A stretch of 64,000 nt of DNA from Minisyncoccota bacterium (lineage in GTDB: Bacteria; Patescibacteriota; Minisyncoccia; Phycocordibacterales; UBA9973), in assembly GCA_041658325.1 (NCBI GenBank), contig JBBAAI010000001.1:279266-343265 (forward strand), read 5' to 3'. The notes below the pieces were generated by a model. It was not told where the DNA came from, did not search any database, and saw only the letters and a program-made list of their open reading frames with translations. Below, piece by piece: positions 12,304-21,274 of this stretch (position 1 is the stretch's first letter; each line of letters begins with the position of its first letter). The position numbers and the translations under genes are program-made.

Positions 12304-12430
12304 AATTTTGTTGGTTATTTGTAATAATGCTATTGTAGCATATTTTTTGATTGTGATATAATTACTATAATGATAAAGGTCTTATTATTAGCTAATTGTT
12401 CTGCTTTACGCGGAACAGAATATAAATAAT

Positions 12431-12715
12431 ATGTGTTGTAATGGAAAACATTGGGGTGGTTGCGTTGTTCATAAGACTTGTAAGGTTTTAGTAATGGTAG
12501 GTGGTTTAAATTGGGGTTTGGTGGGTTTGGGAATGTTAATGGGTAGTAAATTGAATGTTGTTAATATGGTTTTAGGATCTTGGCCGACAGCTGAGGCAAT
12601 TGTCTATCTATTGGTAGGTGTCGCAGTAGTTATGAAACTCTTTAGTTGCAAATGCAAGAAGTGTATGGAGGCATGTGCCACTTGCGGTGTTGAAAATATG
12701 GACAAAAAGATGTAA
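12431..12715 (+). CDS. DUF378-family small membrane protein with Cys-rich ends
   Basis: LVMVGGLNWGLVG...IVYLLVGVA matches the DUF378 pattern. Confidence 0.8.
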   Translation: MCCNGKHWGGCVVHKTCKVLVMVGGLNWGLVGLGMLMGSKLNVVNMVLGSWPTAEAIVYLLVGVAVVMKLFSCKCKKCMEACATCGVENMDKKM

Positions 12716-12730
12716 AGATTGTTTTCTTTT

Positions 12731-12770
12731 AACAAAAAAAGCCTCTTTTAAACAAGAGGCTTTTTTTGTT
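12731..12770. terminator. intrinsic terminator
   Basis: AACAAAAAAAGCCTC-loop-GAGGCTTTTTTTGTT. Confidence 0.75.
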
Positions 12771-12808
12771 TACATTTTAGTCTAAAAATGATATATTAAG
12801 CGCAATAC

Positions 12809-14053
12809 ATGACTTCAATTTTTGATATTATATTTTATATATTAATCTTTTTGTCTGTCTACGTGCAGGTGTTTTTTTTCGTTACTTTTTTGGAAAATAG
12901 AAAAAAAATAATTATTAGAAATGGAAAAATTAAACTAGGATTTTATCCTGCTGTGACAATCGCTGTGCCTTGCTGGAATGAAGAAAAAACCGTTGAAAAA
13001 ACAATCCATTCACTTTTAAACTTAAATTATCCAAAAGAGAAACTAAAAATATTTCTTATTAACGATGGATCCACTGATAATACTTTAAATGTTATAAATA
13101 AATTTTCCGGGTATCCTAATATAAAAATTTTTAACAAAGAAAATGGGGGAAAGTATACTGCTCTAAATTTAGCACTTGAAAATACAGAAACAGATTTTTT
13201 TGGTGGTCTTGATGCTGATTCTTTTGCAGACCCAGAATCACTTATTCGAATTATGAGTTATTTTGAGAAAGATCCTAAAACTATGGCTGTTGCCCCTTCT
13301 GTAATTGTATCTGATTCAAAAAATATTATTAAAAATGCCCAAAGAGCTGAATACAATATGGGGGTTTATTTTAAGAAAATGCTTTGTTTTTTGGAGGCTA
13401 TCAACGTTACCCCTGGACCTCTTACTATTTTTCGCAAGAAAGTTTTTAATGATTTAGGGTATTATCGTCACGGGCACAACACAGAAGATATGGAAATTGC
13501 TTACAGAATGCAAAAAAGTAGTTACAAAATAGAACATTGTAACGATGCGTTTGTTTATACTAATACACCAGGAACAGTTGGTAAACTTTATCGACAAAGG
13601 TTGCGTTGGATTTATGGTTTTATTAACAATACGATTGATTATAAAAATGTTTTATTTAAAAAAAGATATGGTAATTTTGCCATGTTTACTTTACCAATGG
13701 GGGTTGTTTCTATCCTTGCTGTTGGTTATCTTTTTGCTCGGGTAGCTTATGATGTGGGGCATTTTTTGTATTTAAAAGTTATGCAACTAAAAATAATTGG
13801 TTTTGATTTTTCTGTTAAAAATGTTAGTCTTGATCCATTTTTTATAAATACACAATTTTTTATATTTTTAGTTATTTCCATTTATATTCTAGTTATTTTT
13901 GCAATTATTTTTGGTCGAAGAATGTCCGAAGGAAAATCAGGTTTTTCTTTAGACATACTTTATTTTTTCCCTGTTTTCGGCCTGGTGGCTCCATTTTGGA
14001 TTATGAAAGCGATTTATAATACTTTTTTACACAGAAAACCGGCATGGAGATAA
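12809..14053 (+). CDS. family 2 processive glycosyltransferase (PgaC/cellulose synthase-like)
   Basis: PCWNEE, NDGSTD, DADS, TED and QRLRW (QxxRW) motifs with C-terminal TM helices. Confidence 0.92.
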   Translation: MTSIFDIIFYILIFLSVYVQVFFFVTFLENRKKIIIRNGKIKLGFYPAVTIAVPCWNEEKTVEKTIHSLLNLNYPKEKLKIFLINDGSTDNTLNVINKFSGYPNIKIFNKENGGKYTALNLALENTETDFFGGLDADSFADPESLIRIMSYFEKDPKTMAVAPSVIVSDSKNIIKNAQRAEYNMGVYFKKMLCFLEAINVTPGPLTIFRKKVFNDLGYYRHGHNTEDMEIAYRMQKSSYKIEHCNDAFVYTNTPGTVGKLYRQRLRWIYGFINNTIDYKNVLFKKRYGNFAMFTLPMGVVSILAVGYLFARVAYDVGHFLYLKVMQLKIIGFDFSVKNVSLDPFFINTQFFIFLVISIYILVIFAIIFGRRMSEGKSGFSLDILYFFPVFGLVAPFWIMKAIYNTFLHRKPAWR

Positions 14054-14059
14054 AAACAT

Positions 14060-14737
14060 ATGAATAATAATATTGATTGGAAAAAATATTTAATTGTGTT
14101 TTTGATTACAGTGGGTCTTTTCTTTACCGCTATTTATTTGAGCAATTTTTTTGGTGATAAAAAAATTAATCAACTAAAAAGTATTCAAGACAAGATAGCA
14201 ATTGATATTTTATCATCAGAGACTCAATTTTCATTACTTTCTGAGCTTTCTTGTAAAAATATTTCTGATTCTGTTTTTTCTAGCGAGCTTGGTGAATTGG
14301 GAAATAAATTAGAATGGAGTCAGAAAAATCTAGGGGCAACCGAAGAGGTGTCTTATTTGAAAAAATATTACGCATTATTGCAAATTAAGGATTACTTATT
14401 AGCAAAAAAGATTTCTGCGAGATGTGGAACAAAGTCTGCATTTATTTTATATTTTTACACTACAGCAGAAAATTGTAGCTTGTGTGAAGAAGAGAGCTTG
14501 GTGTTAGGAACCTTGCGAGCAGAATACCCAGAACTTCGTGTTTATTCTTTCGATTATAGTACTGATCTGTCTGCCATTACTTCCATGCTTCAAATCTATA
14601 AAATAAAAGATACTGTGCTTCCGGCATTAGTTATAGATGATAATGTTCTGACGGGTTTTCATTCTATAGAAGAACTAAAAAAGAGGATTCAAGAATCTTT
14701 TAAGCTTCAAACAACAAAACCAGCAGGTAATAATTAA
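14060..14737 (+). CDS. membrane-anchored protein with a thioredoxin-like C-terminal domain
   Basis: N-terminal TM, ILYFY...CSLC (CxxC) and LPALVI; starts 6 bp after the GT2 stop. Confidence 0.6.
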   Translation: MNNNIDWKKYLIVFLITVGLFFTAIYLSNFFGDKKINQLKSIQDKIAIDILSSETQFSLLSELSCKNISDSVFSSELGELGNKLEWSQKNLGATEEVSYLKKYYALLQIKDYLLAKKISARCGTKSAFILYFYTTAENCSLCEEESLVLGTLRAEYPELRVYSFDYSTDLSAITSMLQIYKIKDTVLPALVIDDNVLTGFHSIEELKKRIQESFKLQTTKPAGNN

Positions 14738-14768
14738 ATTACGCTTTTAATCTCCGTTAACCTTTTTG

Positions 14769-14841
14769 AGCCGCCTCTCGGATTCGAACCGAGGACCTTC
14801 ACTTTACAAAAGTGTTGCTCTACCAACTGAGCTAAGGCGGC
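14769..14841 (-). tRNA. tRNA-Thr(UGU), CCA not encoded
   Basis: Reverse complement GCCGCCTTAGCTCAGTTGGTAGAGC...TT-TGT-AA...GGTTCGAATCC...GGCGGCT folds as a cloverleaf. Confidence 0.96.
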
Positions 14842-14850
14842 GATTAATCG

Positions 14851-15246
14851 TTATAAATTTTCCTCTTCTTTTACTTTTTGTTTTATTTTTCTAATCTTGT
14901 TTTTATATTCTGAAATCTTTTTCAAAAATTTACTCACTTCTCTTTTTTCTTCAATATTTAATTTTTTACTATGTAAATCTTTTACTTTTACTTTTATTTC
15001 TTGATACTTGTTTTTAAAAACATTAGAAGATCGCATGTAAAGTCTTATTGTCGCTACAAGTCCAGCATAACCGTGTTTTTTTATTTCTTTTATTGCTTGG
15101 TGTCTCCATTCTTCTAGGTGTGGAGTTTTGAAAGAAATTTCTTCTCTAGCTAAGACTTGTCCACCTTGGAGCATCAATAATTTTCTTCCGATCATAAAAA
15201 TGATTCCCAAAAGCGATCCAAAAAATAAAATTAAAAGAAAATACAT
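14851..15246 (-). CDS. hypothetical membrane-anchored basic protein
   Basis: N-terminal TM followed by a Lys-rich helical region; co-oriented downstream of tsf. Confidence 0.7.
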   Translation of the reverse strand: MYFLLILFFGSLLGIIFMIGRKLLMLQGGQVLAREEISFKTPHLEEWRHQAIKEIKKHGYAGLVATIRLYMRSSNVFKNKYQEIKVKVKDLHSKKLNIEEKREVSKFLKKISEYKNKIRKIKQKVKEEENL

Positions 15247-15256
15247 TATTTTATTA

Positions 15257-16036
15257 TTATATTGAGTAAATTTTTACTTCTTTGATTTTTGCCCCAGCTT
15301 TTTCCAGAAGCTTTCCAACCGTTTGTTCTCCGTCCTTTATGAAAGCTTGGTCCAATAAAGTTTTTTCTTTAAAATACGTTGCCATTTTCCCTAGGAGCAT
15401 TTTTTCTTTTATTTCTACTGGTTTATTTATATTAGCAATTTCTTTTTCAAAAATTTCTCTCATTGTATTCTTGGTATCTTCAGGTATTTCTTCTTGTGAA
15501 ATATATTCAGGTTTCATCGCAGTCACATGCATAGCCACATCTTTTGCAAGTTCTGTATTTCCACCCGTTAAGCTCACGATGACGCCTGTTTTGTTATTAT
15601 GTACGTAGTTTCCTAAAACATCGCCATTTACTTCATAAGTAACACCCAACTGAATATTTTCCCCAGTTTTTTGAATTATTGGATCTATCGTTTCTTTTGC
15701 ACTTGCTTTCATTTTTTCTACTCCATCTTTGAGTGCTTGTTTTGTGAGGGTTTCTAGGAGGTTCGTAAAATCTTCATTTCTTGCTACGAAATCGGTTTCA
15801 CAATGCAAAGATACTAAAACTGCTTTTTTGCCTTCAGTTTTGACAGAGACTCTTCCATCTTTAACTTCACGATTAATTTTCTTTAGGGCAATATCCGAAC
15901 TCGTTTTTTTTAAAATAGCGAGTGCTTTTTTCATATCTCCCTCTGCTTCTTCGAGGGCGCGCTTACATTGCATTACGGAAATACCCGTACTGTCGCGGAG
16001 CTCTTTTACTTGCTCTGTAGTGATTTGAATAGACAT
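15257..16036 (-). CDS. tsf: elongation factor Ts
   Basis: VKELRDSTGISVMQCKRAL, CETDFVA and DVAMHVTAMKP; true start MSIQ at 16036. Confidence 0.97.
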   Translation of the reverse strand: MSIQITTEQVKELRDSTGISVMQCKRALEEAEGDMKKALAILKKTSSDIALKKINREVKDGRVSVKTEGKKAVLVSLHCETDFVARNEDFTNLLETLTKQALKDGVEKMKASAKETIDPIIQKTGENIQLGVTYEVNGDVLGNYVHNNKTGVIVSLTGGNTELAKDVAMHVTAMKPEYISQEEIPEDTKNTMREIFEKEIANINKPVEIKEKMLLGKMATYFKEKTLLDQAFIKDGEQTVGKLLEKAGAKIKEVKIYSI

Positions 16037-16040
16037 ATAT

Positions 16041-16766
16041 CTAAGATTTTTTTTCAGGGATAGAGTTTTGACCTTCTTTATAAGTGTTTCCAATAGCAGT
16101 AACAAAGAATTTGATAGATGGTATTCCTGCATCGTTGGCAACGATAGGGTAGTCGATTCCTTTTATGTTTGAATCAGAATTTATTAAAGCGATTACTGGA
16201 ATGCCAGATTTTCTAGATTCTGTCGCTGCGATGTGTTCACTGCGTGAATCTACAATAAACAATGCGCTTGGAGCTTTTTTCAGACCAATTAACCCAGAGT
16301 AGTATCTAGTAAGTTTTTCCATCTTTTTTGCCATTACCACTCTTTCTTTTTTTGTATATTTATCAAGACCACCTTCAACACTATCCTTGCGATAATTTTC
16401 AAGTTCAGTAATTCTCTTTTTTATTTCTGTGAAATTGCTCAATGTTCCCCCTATCCATCTTTCTACAACGTAAGGCATGTTGAGGGATTCTGCTATGTCT
16501 TTAACTACAACTTTAGCTTCAGGTTTTGTTCCAACAAAAAGAACAATTTTTCCTGCTGCTCCTAATTCCTTTATAAACTCTGCAGCCTTATCTAGCATTA
16601 CACTTGTTTTTTCAAGATTAATTATGTCTCCTTTGTTTTTTGTGGTGTATATATATGAAGAAACAGAAGGGTGTCTTCTGGTTTTGCTGTAGCCGTAATG
16701 CGCTCCAGCTTTGAACATTTTTTCTACCACTGTATCAACTTCTTTCTTGTTTTCTACTTTTTGCAT
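16041..16766 (-). CDS. rpsB: 30S ribosomal protein S2
   Basis: MFKAGAHYG, LFVGTK, RWIGGTLSNF and YPIVAND; ATG 16766 follows an extended -10. Confidence 0.97.
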   Translation of the reverse strand: MQKVENKKEVDTVVEKMFKAGAHYGYSKTRRHPSVSSYIYTTKNKGDIINLEKTSVMLDKAAEFIKELGAAGKIVLFVGTKPEAKVVVKDIAESLNMPYVVERWIGGTLSNFTEIKKRITELENYRKDSVEGGLDKYTKKERVVMAKKMEKLTRYYSGLIGLKKAPSALFIVDSRSEHIAATESRKSGIPVIALINSDSNIKGIDYPIVANDAGIPSIKFFVTAIGNTYKEGQNSIPEKKS

Positions 16767-16869
16767 ATGAATTAATATAGCAGAAAGCTGTGTTTTTTGC
16801 AAATTCTCCTCTTGTTCTGTAAAAGTTTTTTTCTTTGACCAAAAGACTTTTTTCGGGTAAGATGCTCTT

Positions 16870-18132
16870 ATGAGACAATCTAAACTTTTTACCAAAACTA
16901 GGAAAGAAGCTCCGGCGGACGAAACTTCAAAAAATGCAGAGCTTTTGATACGAGGGGGATATATTCACAAAGAAATGGCAGGAGTGTACAGCTACCTACC
17001 GCTCGGTTTACGGGTCTTAAAGAAGATCGAGAACATAATCAGGGAAGAGATGAGCAAGGTGGGCGGGATAGAAATGAAAACATCCATACTTCAAGATAAG
17101 GAAATTTGGGAAAAGACTAACCGATGGGATGATAATGAGGTGGATATTTGGTTTAAAACCAAATTGAAGAATGGCGCAGACGTCGGCTTATCTTGGAGCA
17201 ACGAAGAAAATTTTGCCAACATTTTAAAACAATACGTTAGTTCTTACAAAGATCTACCTCTTTATCTTTATGATTTTAAAGATATTTTACGAAACGAGGT
17301 CAGAAGCAAATCAGGTATTATGCGGGGGAGAGAATTCTATTGGAAGGCATTGTATTCCTTTTCTAGAAACGAGACAGAGCATAATGATTTTTACGAGAGA
17401 ATGAAAGTAGCTTATCGAGATATTTTTAAAAGGGCCGGAATAGGACACGCGACTTATCTAACTTTTGCTTCCGGTGGAGCATTTTCAAAATATTCTCATG
17501 AATTTCAAACACTTACTTCCGCCGGTGAAGATACTATATATGTTAGTGAGGATAATGCTATGGCGGTAAATAAGGAAGTGATGGAGGAAGAAATACTCGC
17601 AAGTTTAGGTTTAGAAAAAAATAAACTAGTGGAACATAGGGCAATTGAAGTAGGTAATATTTTTACCCTAGGGACCAGTAAACCAGAAGCATTAGGACTT
17701 TCCTATGTGGATAAAAATGGAGAAAAAAACCATGTTTTTATGGGTTCCTATGGCGTCGGCCTTGGGCGCCTTATGGGGACGGTAGTAGAAGTACTTTCTG
17801 ATGATCATGGCATAGTTTGGCCGGAATCTATAGCGCCGTTTGCTGTGCACCTACTCGCGCTTGGTGACGACGAAGAAGTATTGAAAGAAGCAAACAAGAT
17901 TTACGAAAATCTAGAAAAAGCTGGTGTTGACGTTTTGTTTGATGATCGTGAAGGATTATCAGCAGGAGAAAAATTTTCTGATGCAGACTTGCTAGGTATG
18001 CCTTGGCGAGCAGTAGTTTCTGTTAGAAGTATGAAAGAAAAAGGTATCGAAATAAAAAAGCGAACAGAAGAGAAGGGGAAAATTGTTTCGACAGAAGAGT
18101 TATTAAAAATACTAAACGAAAAGGTTTCTTAA
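16870..18132 (+). CDS. proS: prolyl-tRNA synthetase (short form, no editing domain)
   Basis: MRQSKLF, LLIRGGYI, GVYSYLPLG, IEVGNIFTLG, MGSYGVGLGR and anticodon-binding GEKFSDADLLG. Confidence 0.92.
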   Translation: MRQSKLFTKTRKEAPADETSKNAELLIRGGYIHKEMAGVYSYLPLGLRVLKKIENIIREEMSKVGGIEMKTSILQDKEIWEKTNRWDDNEVDIWFKTKLKNGADVGLSWSNEENFANILKQYVSSYKDLPLYLYDFKDILRNEVRSKSGIMRGREFYWKALYSFSRNETEHNDFYERMKVAYRDIFKRAGIGHATYLTFASGGAFSKYSHEFQTLTSAGEDTIYVSEDNAMAVNKEVMEEEILASLGLEKNKLVEHRAIEVGNIFTLGTSKPEALGLSYVDKNGEKNHVFMGSYGVGLGRLMGTVVEVLSDDHGIVWPESIAPFAVHLLALGDDEEVLKEANKIYENLEKAGVDVLFDDREGLSAGEKFSDADLLGMPWRAVVSVRSMKEKGIEIKKRTEEKGKIVSTEELLKILNEKVS

Positions 18133-18136
18133 AAAT

Positions 18137-19183
18137 ATGTTCGAAAAATTTTACAAATTAATTTCAAATGATATCGGCATAGATTTGGGTACTTCCAATA
18201 CCTTGGTGTATTTAAAAGGTCACGGAATTGTAATCAATGAGCCATCCGTGGTAGCTGTTAATATAAAAACTAATCAAATTTTAGCGGTGGGAGCACAGGC
18301 TAAAGAAATGCTTGGACGTACTCCAGGACACATCAAAGCTATTCGTCCACTTGTGGATGGTGTTATTTCTGATTTTGAAGTGACCGAAGAAATGCTTTCT
18401 TATTTAATAAACAAAGCAGACAAGATATCAAAAAAAATAGCACGACCGAGGGTTTTGGTAGGCGTGCCTTCTGGTACAACCAATGTTGAGACAAGGGCTG
18501 TTTATGACGCAGCTCGTTCGGCTGGAGCCAGGGAAGTTTTTTTAGTAGAAGAACCAATGGCGGCTGCTATTGGGATAAGACTTCCCATTAAAGATCCAGT
18601 CGGATCTATGATTATAGACATTGGTGGTGGTACGACTGATATTGCGGTGATTTCTTTGGGCGGAATTGTAAAGTCAAAAAATTTAAAAATAGCTGGAGAC
18701 AGATTGAACAACGATATTATTACTTATATGCGAGATGAATTTAAAATACTTATTGGAGAAAGAACTGCGGAAATGGTAAAAATTGCTATTGGTTCAGCTA
18801 TTCCAGGAGAATATATGGAAACAGAAGTTCATGGGCGAGATCTCTTAACTGGATTGCCCAGGGAAGTAGTGGTAACAGATTCTGATATTCGCGAAGCTCT
18901 TTTGCTTTCGATAAAAGGTTTAGTTGAAGGGGTAAAAGATATGTTAGAAACGACGCCACCTGAAATTTTGTCTGACATAATGCATCGCGGAATTACTTTA
19001 TCTGGAGGTGGAGCTTTGCTTTCAGGGTTGGATCAGCTACTACAAAGAGTTCTAAAAATTCCAGTTTATGTTGTAGAAGATCCGCTCTCGGCGGTAGCTC
19101 GTGGGACGGGGGTTATTTTAGATGACATTTCATTTTATAAAGAAGTTTTGATTGGTAATCAAGATGAGTTACCTCCTAGATAA
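18137..19183 (+). CDS. mreB: rod shape-determining protein MreB
   Basis: IGIDLGTSNT, RPLVDGVISDF, EEPMAAAIG and DIGGGTTD. Confidence 0.97.
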   Translation: MFEKFYKLISNDIGIDLGTSNTLVYLKGHGIVINEPSVVAVNIKTNQILAVGAQAKEMLGRTPGHIKAIRPLVDGVISDFEVTEEMLSYLINKADKISKKIARPRVLVGVPSGTTNVETRAVYDAARSAGAREVFLVEEPMAAAIGIRLPIKDPVGSMIIDIGGGTTDIAVISLGGIVKSKNLKIAGDRLNNDIITYMRDEFKILIGERTAEMVKIAIGSAIPGEYMETEVHGRDLLTGLPREVVVTDSDIREALLLSIKGLVEGVKDMLETTPPEILSDIMHRGITLSGGGALLSGLDQLLQRVLKIPVYVVEDPLSAVARGTGVILDDISFYKEVLIGNQDELPPR

Positions 19184-19955
19184 AAAAATAAAAAGAAAAA
19201 AGTTTTTAAACATTGCAATTGGTATTGTTTTTTTAATTATTTTGTTTTATTTTAGAGCCGGTATTTTTAACGGGCTTTCTTATATAACAGGGGGGATATT
19301 TCGTCCTGTTTTAATTTTAGGAAATAATGTTGGTGAAAGATTTGGAAACCTGGGTGTGTATTTTGCCTCCAAAAATTCTCTTTCTATTCAAAATCGAAAT
19401 TTGCAAACTCAATTAAACGAAGAAGAAATGCGAATATCAAATTATAATTCTCTTTTGGCTGAAAACAATAATCTTAAGGAAATTTTAAATAGAAAGAACA
19501 CAAAAATTCCTATGATTTTAGCCACGATTTTAGCTAAGCCGAATCAAAGTATTTACGATACACTCATTGTTGACGTGGGGCTGGAACAAGGATTGCAAAT
19601 GGGGAATATGGTTTTTGCTCTAGGCAATATTCCAGTCGGGCGAGTGGCGGAAGTTTATCCAAATTCTGCCAAAGTAGTTTTATTTTCTAATCCAGGTGAA
19701 AAAACGCAAGCAATAATCTCTAGTAAAGACATATTTATGGAATTGATCGGCCGAGGTGGAGGAAATTTTGAAATGGTTTTACCCCGCGATTTAACAGTGC
19801 AAAAAGGCGACCAAGTAGTAATGTCTGGAATTAATCCATATGTTTTAGCTGTTGTTGAAACAATAATTTCTGATCCACGAGATTCTTTTACTAAAGCATT
19901 ACTTTCTAGCCCAGTAAATATACAAGAACTTAAGTTTGTAGAGGTGGAAATTTAA
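19164..19955 (+). CDS. mreC: rod shape-determining protein MreC
   Basis: TM, coiled coil (LLAENNNLKEIL) and beta domain; overlaps the end of mreB. Confidence 0.88.
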   Translation: MSYLLDKKIKRKKFLNIAIGIVFLIILFYFRAGIFNGLSYITGGIFRPVLILGNNVGERFGNLGVYFASKNSLSIQNRNLQTQLNEEEMRISNYNSLLAENNNLKEILNRKNTKIPMILATILAKPNQSIYDTLIVDVGLEQGLQMGNMVFALGNIPVGRVAEVYPNSAKVVLFSNPGEKTQAIISSKDIFMELIGRGGGNFEMVLPRDLTVQKGDQVVMSGINPYVLAVVETIISDPRDSFTKALLSSPVNIQELKFVEVEI

Positions 19956-19957
19956 AA

Positions 19958-21229
19958 GTGATCTTCAAAATAGAGAAAAAATTAGAAAATAGTCTTGGGA
20001 GGGTTGGGGTTTTGGAAACGCCACACGGAATTATTGAAACTCCGGCTTTTGTGGCGGTGGGAACGAAGGCTACTGTTAAATCTTTAAATCCAGAACAGGT
20101 AAAAGATGCCGGTGTGCAAGTGGTACTCGGGAATACCTATCATTTATATTTACAGCCGGGAGATGAGATAGTGCGCGACGCCGGGGGAATTGGCAAATTT
20201 ATGAATTGGTCGGGACCAACGATGACAGACTCCGGTGGTTTTCAAGTTTTTTCTTTGGGGGTGGCTTACGGAAAAGATATTTCTAAAATTACCAAAATTA
20301 CCGATCCATCACTTTTAATTCCAGAACGTTTTGACGACAGTGATGCGCCACGCTTGGCAAAAATCGGGCAAGATGGTGTTTCTTTTAAATCACACCTGGA
20401 CGGTTCCATTCATTACATTACTCCGGAGAAATCAATCCAAATTCAACACAACCTAGGAGCGGACATAATTTTTGCCTTTGACGAATGTACCAGTCCTGCG
20501 GAGGATTTACGCTATCAAGAAGAAGCGCTAGAACGCACGCATCGCTGGGCGGAAAGGAGCTTGGCAGAACACCGAAAATTGCTGCTTTCTCACGGCTCGC
20601 ACACTAACCTGAATGTAGTAAACGAATCTAATATTGCGTATGCCGAAGAAAGCACAATTTCCGGTGTAGGGCCTGCATTGTTTGGCATTGTGCAAGGTGG
20701 ACGGGAAGAATCTTTACGAAAAAAATCAGCAGAATTTATAAAAAGTCTAGATTTTGATGGTTTTGGCATTGGCGGTTCTTTCGCTAAAGAAGATATGTCT
20801 ACGGCGGTGAAATGGGTCAATGAAATTTTGCCAGAAGAAAAACCTCGGCATTTACTAGGGATAGGGGAGCCAGAAGATCTTTTTATGGGGATAGAAAATG
20901 GGGTGGATCTTTTTGATTGTGTTTTGCCGACACGTCTTGGAAGAAATGGAACTATTTATACCAAATCAGGAAAAATAATTATTTCTAATACAAAATTCAG
21001 AAATGATTTTATGCCAATTGAAAAAGATTGCGAATGTTATACCTGTAAAAATTACACGAAGGCATATATAGCGCATCTTTTCCATGGAAAAGAAATGTTG
21101 GCTGGCACGTTAGCCTCAATTCACAACCTGTACTTTATAGTTAATCTGGTTAAAAAAATTCGGCAATCAATTTTGGACGATAACTTTTTTGAATTTAAAA
21201 ATGAATTTTTAGAGACATATTTGAAATAA
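19958..21229 (+). CDS. tgt: queuine tRNA-ribosyltransferase
   Basis: TPAFVAVGT, NTYHLYLQPG, TDSGGFQVFSL, GIVQGG, DLFDCVLPTR and Zn site CECYTC...HN. Confidence 0.96.
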   Translation: MIFKIEKKLENSLGRVGVLETPHGIIETPAFVAVGTKATVKSLNPEQVKDAGVQVVLGNTYHLYLQPGDEIVRDAGGIGKFMNWSGPTMTDSGGFQVFSLGVAYGKDISKITKITDPSLLIPERFDDSDAPRLAKIGQDGVSFKSHLDGSIHYITPEKSIQIQHNLGADIIFAFDECTSPAEDLRYQEEALERTHRWAERSLAEHRKLLLSHGSHTNLNVVNESNIAYAEESTISGVGPALFGIVQGGREESLRKKSAEFIKSLDFDGFGIGGSFAKEDMSTAVKWVNEILPEEKPRHLLGIGEPEDLFMGIENGVDLFDCVLPTRLGRNGTIYTKSGKIIISNTKFRNDFMPIEKDCECYTCKNYTKAYIAHLFHGKEMLAGTLASIHNLYFIVNLVKKIRQSILDDNFFEFKNEFLETYLK

Positions 21230-21274
21230 AGATTGCATTTTTTTTGACAGATTGTTATACTTGTTGTTACTTTA

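Noticed and set aside
16037-16141. Long N-terminal extension of EF-Ts overlapping rpsB (likewise extended starts for rpsB, rpoB, VIT1, transketolase and the 37333 gene)
   Set aside because: These are ORF-caller longest-start artefacts; homology begins at downstream ATGs that have sensible spacing or promoters.
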